Source: an uncultured Chloroflexia bacterium
Lineage (GTDB): Bacteria; Chloroflexota; Limnocylindria; Limnocylindrales; CSP1-4
Assembly (NCBI GenBank): GCA_963696045.1
Contig: CAVOIR010000001.1
Span: 139,199 to 203,198, forward strand
Direction: 5' to 3'
Length of the DNA: 64,000 nucleotides
In this document: in pieces, positions 1-8,640 of the stretch
Position numbering within the stretch: position 1 is the stretch's first letter
How the letters are laid out: each line of letters starts with the position of its first letter
Position numbers and translations under genes: made by a program
Notes under the pieces: generated by a model
What the model was told of the DNA's origin: nothing
What the model saw: only the letters and a program-made list of their open reading frames with translations
Databases searched by the model: none

Positions 1-681
1 CCGGGCAGCGTGCGGGCGGTGGTCACGTCGCTCGCGGAGGGCCTGCGCTTCATCCGGTCCAGCCAGATCGTGCTGCTGGCCATGGTCGTGGTCGGGGTGG
101 CCTCGATGATGGGCCTGAACCTCGGGGTCGTCGTGCCAGCCCTGGCCAGCGAGGTGCTCCACGTGGATGCCGCGGGGTTCGGCCTCCTTATGGCGGCTAC
201 CGGCGTCGGCTCCCTGCTCGCGGCGCTGTCGATCGCCACGCTGCCGAGCGTGCATGTCGGGCTCATCGCTGGCGGGGCCATCCTGATGGGTGTGGCCGAG
301 ATCGTGGCCGCGCTCACGGACGCCATGCCGGTGGCCCTGCTGGCCATGCTGGCGCTCGGCTTCGGTGCCATCGGCATGGCGGCCACGGCCAACACCACGG
401 TCCAGCTGCGGGCGCCCGACGCCCTGCGCGGCCGCGTCATGAGCGTGTACACGGTCGTGTTCGTGGGTTCGACGCCGCTGGGCGGACTGCTCATCGGCGC
501 CATCGCCTCCGCATCCGGCGTGGCCGCGGCGCTCGCGGTCGGAGGGGCAGCCTGCGTGGTCGTCGGTGCGGTCGGCTATCTCTGGCTCAGCAGGATCCGC
601 GCTCGCGAGCAGCTGGCCACCGCCGCCTCGACGGCCGCCGCTGGTGGCGCCAGCAGCGCATCGGACATCGCCGCCGGCTGA
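1..681 (+). CDS. MFS-type transporter, C-terminal half (5' end outside window)
   Basis: ORF 10..681 is open to the window edge. It contains about six hydrophobic helices (LLAMVVVGVASMMGL, LLMAATGVGSLLAALSIA, ALLAMLALGFGAIGMAA, GGLLIGAIASASGVAAALAV), typical of the second half of a 12-TM major-facilitator protein. Confidence 0.55.
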   Translation, partial: PGSVRAVVTSLAEGLRFIRSSQIVLLAMVVVGVASMMGLNLGVVVPALASEVLHVDAAGFGLLMAATGVGSLLAALSIATLPSVHVGLIAGGAILMGVAEIVAALTDAMPVALLAMLALGFGAIGMAATANTTVQLRAPDALRGRVMSVYTVVFVGSTPLGGLLIGAIASASGVAAALAVGGAACVVVGAVGYLWLSRIRAREQLATAASTAAAGGASSASDIAAG

Positions 682-1199
682 CGGCCCCCGGGGTCAGGAG
701 AGGGGACGGCGGGCGACGGCGCCGGGGTCACCTTCCAGCGCCGCTCCACCCATGCACGAAACCCGTCATCTCCTGCTGACTCTGACGCCTTGAACGCCAC
801 TATCAGCCGCAGACCGTCAAAGTCGATGCCAGACGAGGTGGTGACTGGAGTTCCCCGGGGCAGATGAGACTCATCCGCCGCCGTTCCTGCCGGGCATCCA
901 TGGACGGGATGGGAAGCAGGCTCTCGGGACCATCGACGGCGCTGCGAAGGGCGTTGGCGGCGATCATCTGCCCCGCCACGCTCAGGGTCGGCCCGTCCGC
1001 CACCACCGGTGACCGTACTCGGGACCATGAGGCTGTCTTGTATCCCGTCGGTGGATGGATGAAGGGAACGCGAGGCGATCGGCCGTCAGGCGTCTCCTTT
1101 GGCCCGGGGGAATCTCAGTTCGTCGGGGGTCGACGTAGGGTCAGGGCCTGCTGTCTCCCCCGTCGGGCAGCCCGAAACGGACGAATCCACGCGTAGGGG

Positions 1200-1274
1200 T
1201 GGAGCCGACACTCGGATTTGAACCGAGGACCTGCTGTTTACGAAACAGCTGCTCTACCGCTGAGCTATGTCGGC
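1200..1274 (-). tRNA. tRNA-Thr (anticodon CGT), CCA encoded
   Basis: The reverse complement folds as a cloverleaf. Acceptor GCCGACA/TGTCGGC, D-arm GCTC-AGCGGTA-GAGC, anticodon arm GCTGT-TTCGTAA-ACAGC, variable loop AGGTC, T-arm CTCGG-TTCAAAT-CCGAG, discriminator T plus CCA. Confidence 0.92.
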
Positions 1275-1417
1275 CCGTGGAGCCAGAAGTCTAGCGCGTC
1301 TGGCCACGAGGTCCCCCTCCGCGGCCGGGCGCGCCATGGACAGCCAACGGTGCCCAGGGTCACCGCAAGCGGTCGCTGCCGTGGGGTGGAGCAGGGTCAG
1401 GTGTAGCCCGGTGCGGT

Positions 1418-1423
1418 TACGCT
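1418..1423 (+). promoter_or_regulatory. -10-like box TACGCT 6 nt upstream of the ATG (possible leaderless transcript)
   Basis: The sequence reads TACGCT-agggcc-ATG(1430). No Shine-Dalgarno sequence fits in the 6-nt gap. The same TAnnnT-N6-8-start layout is seen at four other genes in the window. Confidence 0.35.
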
Positions 1424-1429
1424 AGGGCC

Positions 1430-2131
1430 ATGGGCGAATCCGACTGGTGGATGTGCGGCCGCTGCCGAAGCCTGAACAACCTGTCCGCGCGCAAGTGCTA
1501 CTCCTGCGGGTACGGCAAGCCCAAGGACTCGCAGAAGGCCAGTGAGTTCCTGGGCTACGAGTCCGTCGTCACCCGGGACGGCAAGGTCCGGCTCGACTTC
1601 CCCGAACACGCGGCAGAGGCGACTGCAGCTCAGAGGGTCGAAGCGACAAGGCAGGCGCCACCGTTGCGCGACCCGATCCCGCGCAGCATCACCGACGTCG
1701 CTCCCCGAGTCCCGCACGGCAGACGCATCGTGTACCGCCTCGACGGGCCGCCGATGCCGCCCCCGCGACCCATGCCGCCCCTTGCCCCGCCTCCCCCCAT
1801 GCCTGTCCCAGGACACCCCATGCCAGGACACCCGATGCCAGGACACCCGATGCCTGGACCACGGCCGGTGACATGGGGACCCGCGCTGCCGCCCCCACCG
1901 GGCATGCCGGGCATGGCGCCTCCGATGCCCCCGCCCGTCGCAGGTCCGTACGCTGGCCCCCGTCCGCTCGTCGGCATGCCCATCGGGCGGCCCGCCATGG
2001 TCGGCGTACCGGTCGGTCGCGGCCTTCCGCCCATGCGCGCGCCCGGACCACCGTCCACGAACGCCGTGCCGCCTGGTGGGCCGGTGTTGCCGCCTCAGCC
2101 GCCGGGTCCGGGTCGCTCGCCCGATCGGTGA
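1430..2131 (+). CDS. RanBP2-type zinc-finger protein with long Pro/Gly/Met-rich tail
   Basis: Intact 233 aa ORF. The N-terminus WMCGRCRSLNNLSARKCYSC fits W-x-C-x2-C-x3-N-x6-C-x2-C. The C-terminal two thirds are proline-rich and include GHPMP x3. Confidence 0.6.
   Translation: MGESDWWMCGRCRSLNNLSARKCYSCGYGKPKDSQKASEFLGYESVVTRDGKVRLDFPEHAAEATAAQRVEATRQAPPLRDPIPRSITDVAPRVPHGRRIVYRLDGPPMPPPRPMPPLAPPPPMPVPGHPMPGHPMPGHPMPGPRPVTWGPALPPPPGMPGMAPPMPPPVAGPYAGPRPLVGMPIGRPAMVGVPVGRGLPPMRAPGPPSTNAVPPGGPVLPPQPPGPGRSPDR
1808..1852 (+). repeat. 15-bp in-frame tandem repeat x3 (CCAGGACACCC[C/G]ATG, encodes PGHPM)
   Basis: Three consecutive copies read directly at 1808-1822, 1823-1837 and 1838-1852. Confidence 0.85.
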
Positions 2132-2171
2132 CTCGACGGAGGCGCTGAGCCGCCTGAAGCGGCCTCCGCCG

Positions 2172-2515
2172 TCAGCGTCCGAGCAGCACGTCGATCCCGG
2201 CCAACACGAGCCCGAGACGAGCCGGAGACAGCCTGCCGCTCCGTTCCACCAGCGCTGACCGGTCCAGCGTCACGACCTGGGTGACATTGGCAACCGATCC
2301 ACGATCGAGCCCGGTCGCGCGGGCACTCAGGTGCACGTTTCCGGGCGCATCTGCCCAGCGAGGGTTGCTCGTGAGGGACACGCAGACGACGGTCGAAATG
2401 CGGCTGTGGTTGAACGCATCGCCCTGGACGACGACGACCGGCCTGCGGAAGCCGGGCTCCGAGCCGTGCGATCAGCCAGCTCCGCCCACCAGACGTCGCC
2501 CTGGCTGATCACCAT
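2172..2515 (-). CDS. mazF: MazF/PemK-family toxin (one apparent frame change near 2460)
   Basis: Piece 2327..2515 begins MVISQGDVWWAEL. Piece 2172..2381 holds SLTSNPRWADAPGNVHLS...VVTLDRSAL. Shifting one nt near 2460 restores GSEPGFRRPVVVVQGDAFNHSRISTVVCV, the canonical PemK core. Confidence 0.8.
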
Positions 2516-2742
2516 TCGACATCGCGCAACGTCGTTGAAGCCGCTGTGGCAACGAACGATCCGGGTCTGTCCCAGGCGGGCGAGGACGCTGTCGACAGCC
2601 TGCGTGACCTCATCGATCTCATGGCGGGCGACATACTCGCGGAGCGCAGTGCTGTAGACATCGCTCCGGGAACGCCCGTTGCGCTGTGCCAGTCGCTCGG
2701 CCCGCAGGTAGATGTCGTCCGGGACAGAATCGCCGTCTTCAT
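2509..2742 (-). CDS. Ribbon-helix-helix antitoxin partner of MazF (two apparent frame changes)
   Basis: N-terminus is MKTAI. An internal alternative frame reads PDDIYLRAERLAQRNGRSRSDVYSTALREYVARHE (RHH). The C-terminus is ...TLRDVEW, with its stop overlapping the mazF ATG. Confidence 0.65.
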   Translation of the reverse strand: MKTAILSRTTSTCGPSDWHSATGVPGAMSTALRSASMSPAMRSMRSRRLSTASSPAWDRPGSFVATAASTTLRDVEW

Positions 2743-2748
2743 ACCCGG

Positions 2749-2754
2749 AGTATA
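2749..2754 (-). promoter_or_regulatory. -10-like box TATACT 6 nt upstream of the antitoxin ATG
   Basis: The minus strand reads TATACT-ccgggt-ATG(2742). The box lies just past the stop of the upstream methyltransferase gene. Confidence 0.35.
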
Positions 2755-2763
2755 ACCAGGCCC

Positions 2764-3390
2764 CTACAGCGTGCGGAGGTCGGTCCTGCGGCAGGCGACG
2801 ACGCTGGCGACGGGCAGGACGAGCTCCTCATAGCCGTGCGGGCGTTTGGCGAGGCGCGTCGCCGAGCGCAGGATGCGGAAGGCATCGAGGTGCCGCTCGA
2901 GCTCGTCTCGTGAGACGAGGTGCTTCTCGGCCATCCGGCCTTCCCTGCCCAGAGAGATGTCGAGGTCGGTGACGAGGATGCGCCCGCCCGGGGCCACGGC
3001 CGCGGCGGCCATCTCGAGCGTCCGGCTGCGCCCCTGGCCGCGCGCCGGCAGGGCGTAGGTCAGGACGACGAGGTCGAAGCGCGAGGCTGGCCGCCACGAT
3101 GCCAGGTCGGCGACGTGGAAGGCGATCGTCACACCCGCTCTGGCCGCCGCGGCGCGAGCCTCTTCGACTGCCTCGGGGTTGGGGTCCACGGCGGTCACGT
3201 TCCAGCCGCGGCCGGCGAGCCAGACGCTGTCCTGCCCGGATCCGCAGCCGAGCTCCAGGGCCTTGCCGGGCACGAGGTCCGTGGCAGCCTCGATGAGCCC
3301 GTCGTCGACGGGGTCGGCCGGCGGCTGGGGCTCCGCCAGGGCGGCCCAGCCGGGGGCGCGAGCAGGCACAGAGGCATGCTCCGTGGTCAT
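2764..3390 (-). CDS. Class I SAM-dependent methyltransferase
   Basis: Intact 208 aa. Motif I is ALELGCGSGQDSVWLA, the acidic post-I residue is in VTAVDPN, and motif IV-like is GGRILVTDL. GGGAG lies about 15 nt upstream of the ATG. Confidence 0.8.
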   Translation of the reverse strand: MTTEHASVPARAPGWAALAEPQPPADPVDDGLIEAATDLVPGKALELGCGSGQDSVWLAGRGWNVTAVDPNPEAVEEARAAAARAGVTIAFHVADLASWRPASRFDLVVLTYALPARGQGRSRTLEMAAAAVAPGGRILVTDLDISLGREGRMAEKHLVSRDELERHLDAFRILRSATRLAKRPHGYEELVLPVASVVACRRTDLRTL

Positions 3391-3513
3391 ACGGCGATAG
3401 GGACTCCCTCAGCGTGACCCGACGTGCGAACGGCACGCAGCGTCAGCCACGCCGGCAGGATACGCGACGAGCACACCGCGCCCGGTGCGCGGACGCACCG
3501 GGCCGCCACAGGC

Positions 3514-3918
3514 CTACTGCAGCGCGAGGATCCCGACCCCGACTCGGTCATAGGTCGCCTGTGCGCGACGATCGAGGGTGGCGAGCGTCGATCCATTCTG
3601 CGCCGCGATCATGGCAACGACCGCGTCATATGAGGCGCCGCCGGAGATCCCCAAGGCCACCAGGTCATCGATCAGCCTGGCATGACGCCGGATGGAGAGG
3701 GTCATCAGCGGAGCCGGGAACGCGGCCGAGAGATACTGCCTGACGAGGTCGCCCTCGGCGCGATGCGGTGGCGGCAGGCGGGTCAACACGGCGTAGCTCT
3801 CGAGGGCGCAGGGAGCCGGCAGGCGAGGTCGCTGGGCCACGATGCGCGCGGCGCGGTCGTGGGCCTCATGCCAGGTGGCGAACGCGGCGACGACGACGCT
3901 TGTGTCGACAGCGATCAA
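3514..3918 (-). CDS. vapC: PIN-domain toxin VapC
   Basis: TTG start at 3918 overlaps the vapB stop (TTGA). N-terminus IAVDTSVVVAAF carries the PIN Asp. The C-terminus reads ASYDAVVAMIAAQNGSTLATLDRRA. The 405-aa ORF in the track is an upstream read-through artefact. Confidence 0.8.
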   Translation of the reverse strand: MIAVDTSVVVAAFATWHEAHDRAARIVAQRPRLPAPCALESYAVLTRLPPPHRAEGDLVRQYLSAAFPAPLMTLSIRRHARLIDDLVALGISGGASYDAVVAMIAAQNGSTLATLDRRAQATYDRVGVGILALQ

Positions 3919-4160
3919 CGCCGCGTCCCCTCGAGCGTCACGCGCACCTGGTCGATCGTCAGTGGCGGGAGCTCGCGCGCGGGGACTGCCACGAGGACCC
4001 CATCGCGCTCCTCGAGGCGCATCTCTGTGGGCGGGATATCGACCTCGAGGCGTCCGTCCCTGGCGTTGATCTCCAGCACTTGACCTCCGATCAGGCCGAG
4101 CTCCTCGCGCATCGGCTTGGGAACGACGATGCGGCCCGCAGCGTCGATGGTAGTTCGCAT
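3915..4160 (-). CDS. vapB: AbrB/SpoVT-family antitoxin VapB
   Basis: Intact 81 aa. MRTTIDAAGRIVVPKPMREELGL is the swapped-hairpin AbrB motif. The gene is translationally coupled to vapC. Confidence 0.8.
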   Translation of the reverse strand: MRTTIDAAGRIVVPKPMREELGLIGGQVLEINARDGRLEVDIPPTEMRLEERDGVLVAVPARELPPLTIDQVRVTLEGTRR

Positions 4161-4166
4161 GGCAGC

Positions 4167-4244
4167 ACGATACCATCGCCGCCGCCATTCTTGGCGCCAC
4201 TGCGATCCGTCGGAGCCGCGACCGGCCCTGGCAGCGGGTATCGT
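4167..4244. promoter_or_regulatory. Divergent promoter region with inverted TATCGT boxes (vapB on minus, adh on plus)
   Basis: CACGATACC (4165-4173) and GGTATCGTG (4237-4245) form a 9-bp inverted repeat. Each contains TATCGT, placed 6 nt (vapB ATG 4160) or 8 nt (adh ATG 4253) from a start codon. Confidence 0.35.
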
Positions 4245-4252
4245 GGCTCGGC

Positions 4253-5260
4253 ATGGAAGTGCTTCGACTGCACGGCGCCTCCGACGTCCGTGTCCACCAG
4301 GAACCAGAGCCCGTCCCCGCGCCCGGAGAGGAGCTCGTCAGCATCACCGCCGTCGGCCTGTGCGGCTCCGACCTCCACTGGTATGAGGACGGCGGCATCG
4401 GTGAGGCACGGGTCGTGGAGCCGCTCGTGCTGGGCCACGAGATGGGCGGCGTCATCGTGACCGGTCCGCGAGCCGGCGAGCGCGTCGTCGTCGAGCCTGC
4501 CAACCCGTGCGGGCACTGCGTCGTCTGTCGGGCTGGCGACGGCAACCTCTGTCCCGACGTCCGCTTCTGCGGCCACGCTCCGGTCGATGGCGGTCTGCGG
4601 ACGCAGATGGCCTGGCCGCAGCGGCTCCTGCTGGCCATCCCGGACACGGTCCAGGGCGACCAGGTCGCGCTGCTCGAGCCGCTCGGAGTCGGCCTGCACG
4701 CCATCGACCTCGGCCACTTCCGCCCGGGCATGAGTGCGGGCGTCTACGGCGCGGGGCCCATCGGCCTCCTCCTCATCCGCGCGCTGCGAGCGATGGGCGC
4801 TGGGCGCATCGTGGCGACGGACGCCCTGGCACACCGCGTCGAGGCCGCCCTCGCGTCAGGCGCCGACGAGGCCCACCTGACGAACGTGGGTGGTCGGCCC
4901 GACGGTATCGAAGGCTGGGACCCGGTCGACGTCGCCTTCGAGGCGGCCGGGGAGGACGCGGCACTCGAATCGGCCCTCATCCATGTGCGGCTCGGGGGCC
5001 GCGTCGTGGTCGTGGGCATCCCGCCTACGAACCGTCACTCCTTCACGGCGCGTCCGGCACGTGGCAAGGGGCTCACGCTGGCGTTCTCGCGGCGGATGAA
5101 GGCCATCCACATGCTGCGGGCCATCGAGCTCGTGGACCACGGCATCGTCCAGCTGGACGGCCTCATCTCGGGGACCTATCCGATGAGCCAGGCGGCGACC
5201 GCGTTCGATGCCCTCGTGGCGCGCTCTGGACTGAAGCTCGTGGTCAAGCCGAACGCCTGA
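4253..5260 (+). CDS. Zinc-dependent medium-chain alcohol/polyol dehydrogenase
   Basis: Intact 335 aa. GLCGSDLHWY and GHEMGGVI carry the catalytic Zn ligands. CGHCVVCRAGDGNLC is the structural Zn lobe. GAGPIGLLLI is the Rossmann motif. Confidence 0.85.
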   Translation: MEVLRLHGASDVRVHQEPEPVPAPGEELVSITAVGLCGSDLHWYEDGGIGEARVVEPLVLGHEMGGVIVTGPRAGERVVVEPANPCGHCVVCRAGDGNLCPDVRFCGHAPVDGGLRTQMAWPQRLLLAIPDTVQGDQVALLEPLGVGLHAIDLGHFRPGMSAGVYGAGPIGLLLIRALRAMGAGRIVATDALAHRVEAALASGADEAHLTNVGGRPDGIEGWDPVDVAFEAAGEDAALESALIHVRLGGRVVVVGIPPTNRHSFTARPARGKGLTLAFSRRMKAIHMLRAIELVDHGIVQLDGLISGTYPMSQAATAFDALVARSGLKLVVKPNA

Positions 5261-5278
5261 CCGAGCAAGCGCGGGCGA

Positions 5279-5989
5279 TCAGTCCTCGGCTTCGGCGTGC
5301 ACGCCGCGCGCCATGAGGCCGCTGTCGTGGCTGGGGGCCGGCCCGGGGTAGCCTGATGCAGCACTGACCGGGACGCCGCCAGGCAGGGGCTGGCCCATGG
5401 GACCCGCCACCGGGACCGCGACGGCAGGCCTCAGCGGATGGACCGGCACCGGGACGCGCGGCCGGGGCGCCACGACCAAGCGCGCGCACATGCCGCACAT
5501 GGGATGCTCGCCCGCGGTGGGCAGACCGAGGCGGGATCGACGACGCGTCCTCGGGCCCGACTGCGGAGGGCGGAAGCCGCAGATGGCGACGGTGTCGTTG
5601 CCCTCGAGGTAGGCATGCTGCGTGGTGCCGCGGTGGTACCAGGGATCGTCGATCTCATCGAACCCGTTGCGGATGACGATCCCCCACACGACCTCATCGG
5701 CCGGGAAGGTCTTGCCCGGCCTGGGCTGGGGGGCCTGGGACACCTGCGCCATGGGCTGGTGCGGCGTCGCATTCTGGCCGGGATCAGGCGCCCCGGCGTT
5801 GGCGAAGAGGTTGATGCGCATCCAGTCAGAGATAGTAGCGAATGTCGCGCTCAGGGCCTGCATCCGGTTCCTTCGCTGCGCTGGCGCCGGGGGTCGAGCC
5901 ACCATCCGAGGGACGGGGGCCGGGTACCTGACCGGCATCGGCGGGGGCTGGACTTGGGTACGGGGGGGAGGTACGACGGCGACGTTCAC
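5279..5989 (-). CDS. Hypothetical proline-rich protein
   Basis: Intact 236 aa ORF with GTG start. The central segment FPADEVVWGIVIRNGFDEIDDPWYHRGTTQHAYLEGNDTVAICGF...HPMCGMCARL looks globular with possible Cys ligands. No family was recognised. Confidence 0.4.
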   Translation of the reverse strand: MNVAVVPPPRTQVQPPPMPVRYPAPVPRMVARPPAPAQRRNRMQALSATFATISDWMRINLFANAGAPDPGQNATPHQPMAQVSQAPQPRPGKTFPADEVVWGIVIRNGFDEIDDPWYHRGTTQHAYLEGNDTVAICGFRPPQSGPRTRRRSRLGLPTAGEHPMCGMCARLVVAPRPRVPVPVHPLRPAVAVPVAGPMGQPLPGGVPVSAASGYPGPAPSHDSGLMARGVHAEAED

Positions 5990-6077
5990 GCCGGTACTAT
6001 CGGTCCATCCAGGGGCGACAGGCTACCCCCATAGACCCCACCGCACCACCCCGTACGTTGGTCCTGTAGGCGCCGCG

Positions 6078-7333
6078 TCACCGGTACCCCCGGCTGAGGG
6101 CGGGCGCTAGGCGCCAGCGGCCCCGGCTCTGGCTCGAGGCCGTCACGGCGGCGATGGCCCGGCAGACCGGTTCGAGGTTCGCGTCGGTCAGGCCCGCGAC
6201 GTTGATGCGGCCTTTGCCCACGACGTAGATGGCGAACTCGTCGCGCAGCCGGGCGACTCGCTCCTCGCCCAGGGCCAGCAGCGAGAACATGCCTCGCTGG
6301 CGCAGCAGGCGCTCATGGTCGCCGGCTGCACCGGCCGCCTGAAGGCCGGCCACGAAACGGCGCCGGTTGGTGTTGATGCGGTCGCGCATGAGGCCGACCT
6401 CCGTGACCCACCGGGCGCGGAGCGCATCATCAGCGAGGATGGTGGCCACGATCTCGCCACCGTGCGCCGGCGGGTTCGAGTAGTTGGCACGCACGACGCC
6501 CTTGGCGTGCGTCAGCAGGGCGGCGGTCTCGGACGCGTCAGCGCCGACGATGCTGAGCGCCCCGACGCGCTCGTCGTAGAGCGCGAAGTTCTTCGAGAAG
6601 CTCGAGGCGACGAGCATCGTGCGGCCGCCGCTCGACGAGGGAGAGCACGCCTCGGGCGTCCTCCTGCAGGCCATCCGCGAAGCCCTGGTAGGCGAAGTCC
6701 AGGAGGGCGAGCGCGCCCGCCTCGGTGACGGCCGCAGGCGATGGCCGACCACTGGGCGGGCCGCGGATCGATCCCGGTGGGGTTGTGACAGGAGGCGTGG
6801 AGGACGACGAGGTCGCCAGCCGGCACGGCCCGCAGCACGCCGAGCATGGCGTCGAGGTCGAGCTCGCCGTCGGCACCCAGGTACGGGTAGGTCCGGATGG
6901 GCAGGCCGGCGGCTTCGAAGACCTGGGGATGGTTGGGCCAGGTGGGCGTCGAGAGCCATGCGGCCGCGCCCGGGCGCAGCGCGTGCACGAGGTCGGCCGC
7001 CACCCGCAGGGCGCCGGTGCCCCCAGGCGTGTGGAGGAGCGCGATGCGCCCGGCAGCGACGGCCGGATGGTCGGCGCCGAAGACGAGGTCGCGCACCGGC
7101 CCGAGATACGCGGGATCGCCGTCGATGGGCTTGTAGACCTTCGTGGTCTGCTGCGCCAGGAGCCTTGCCTCGGCCTCGCGCACCGTCGCCAGGACCGGGG
7201 TGGTGCCCGTCTCATCGACGTACACCCCCGACGCGAGTGACACCTTGTCGGGACGCGGGTCGGCGCGGAAGCGCTCCATGAGCCCGAGGATGGCGTCCGG
7301 CGCCCTGGGCTCCAGATCAGCGAACATGGCCAT
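6078..7333 (-). CDS. Aspartate/aromatic-amino-acid aminotransferase (class I), frame changes around 6620-6750
   Basis: The N-part (6512..7333) holds KVYKPIDGDPAYLGPV and CHNPTGIDP. The middle, in a third frame, reads LLDFAYQGFADGL. The C-part holds SFSKNFALYDERVGAL (PLP-lysine motif) and RANYSNPPAHG. Confidence 0.8.
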
Positions 7334-7407
7334 GGCCCCGAGGATAGCCGGGCTATGCTCCAGCGCGTGACGGCAGGGCGACGCGACGCAGCCAGGGCCG
7401 CGCGCCC

Positions 7408-8234
7408 GTGAGCGTCGCGCTCGTCGCCTTCGTCGTCTCGCTCGCGGCGGGTGGCTTCGGCTCGCTGGTGGGCGTCGGCGGAGGCCTCATCATCGTGCCC
7501 GCCCTGAGCGTGGGACTCGGCTACGACGTCAAGGCAGCCATCGCCGCCAGCCTCATCGGCGTCATCGCGCTGTCGCTCTCGGCGAGCCCGCGCTTCCTGC
7601 GCTCAGGGGTGGCCGACCGCCACCTCGGGCTCCTGCTGCTCATCGCGGCCACTCTCGGCGGCCTGACCGGCGGGATGACATCCGGGTACCTCGACGGGCG
7701 TCTGCTGGCCCTCCTCTTCGGGCTCCTCCTGACCCTCGTCGCCATCCAGATGCTGCGCCAGGTCCTGCGTCCGACCGCCCATCCGCCCATCGATGAGAGC
7801 GACGAGGAATCGGGTTCCTGTCCGAGTACGTCGAGCCCACCACCGGCGAGGTGGTTCGCTACCGTGCGCGGCGCCTCGGGGTGGGGACGGCGTTCTCGTT
7901 CGTGGCCGGCAATGTGAGCGGCCTGCTCGGGGTGGGCGGCGGGGTCATCAACGTGCCCATCATGAACACGGTCATGCACGTGCCCATCCGGGTGGCCACG
8001 ACCACGAGCACCTACATGCTGGCGGCCACGGCCACCGCCAGCGCCGTCATCTACCTCGCCTCGGGGCAGCTCGATCCGGTGCTCGCCGCACCCGTCGCCC
8101 TCGGCGTCATCATCGGGGCTCGGGTCGGCGCGCGCCTGGCCCTGCGCGTCTCGCAGCCCCTCCTGCGGCTGGCCTTCGTGGCGGTGGCGGCGATCTTCGC
8201 GCTCGGCATGTTCCAGCGGTTCCTGGCCTCATGA
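7408..8234 (+). CDS. TauE/SafE (TSUP) family anion exporter, frame change about 7800-7850
   Basis: There are two halves, each with the family motif (VGVGGGLIIVPAL and LGVGGGVINVPIM), and about 8 TM helices in total. Confidence 0.75.
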
Positions 8235-8599
8235 GCGCCCCGGAGCGGCGGCAGCGCCAGGCGCACAGCGCCCCGCGGCGCCTCACCAGCGCCATGCTCT
8301 CGGCGGGCGTGGGGCTCAGCGCGGCCTGCTTCCTCGTGGCCGGGGTCGCCGAGCTGCTGGGCACGCCGGCCCGAACAGGGACGGTTCGCGACCTCGGCGC
8401 CGTGGTGGCCGGCCTGGCCTCCGCCGATCCATGGGCCTGGGCGAGCCTGGGCACCCTCGTCGTCATCGCCACTCCCGCGCTGGCGCTCCTCACGACGGCG
8501 ATCGAGTATCTGCGGGTCTCCGATCGTGGGACGGCCCTCATGGCGGCCACGGTCCTGGTCGTCCTCGTCATCAGCGCCGTGCTCGCATTCATGCGCTGA
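8231..8599 (+). CDS. DUF1634-like small membrane protein
   Basis: The ATG overlaps the TauE stop (ATGA). About 122 aa with 3-4 TM helices and TPALALLTTAIEYLRVSDRGTALMAATVLVVLVI. This family commonly follows TauE genes. Confidence 0.55.
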   Translation: MSAPERRQRQAHSAPRRLTSAMLSAGVGLSAACFLVAGVAELLGTPARTGTVRDLGAVVAGLASADPWAWASLGTLVVIATPALALLTTAIEYLRVSDRGTALMAATVLVVLVISAVLAFMR

Positions 8600-8640
8600 G
8601 ACACACCCTCTCGGGCAAGCAGGCGTACTCTTCGGGGGCC

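Noticed and set aside
1030-1199. Possible SRP RNA, tmRNA or RNase P RNA next to the tRNA
   Set aside because: None of the conserved cores I know is present on either strand: the SRP domain IV GGAA/AGCA motif context, the tmRNA 5' GGGG…/3' tRNA-like end, or the RNase P P4 elements.
1200-5989. Prophage or integrative element inserted at tRNA-Thr
   Set aside because: No integrase, excisionase, phage structural genes or duplicated tRNA 3' segment was seen. Only TA modules and metabolic genes are present.
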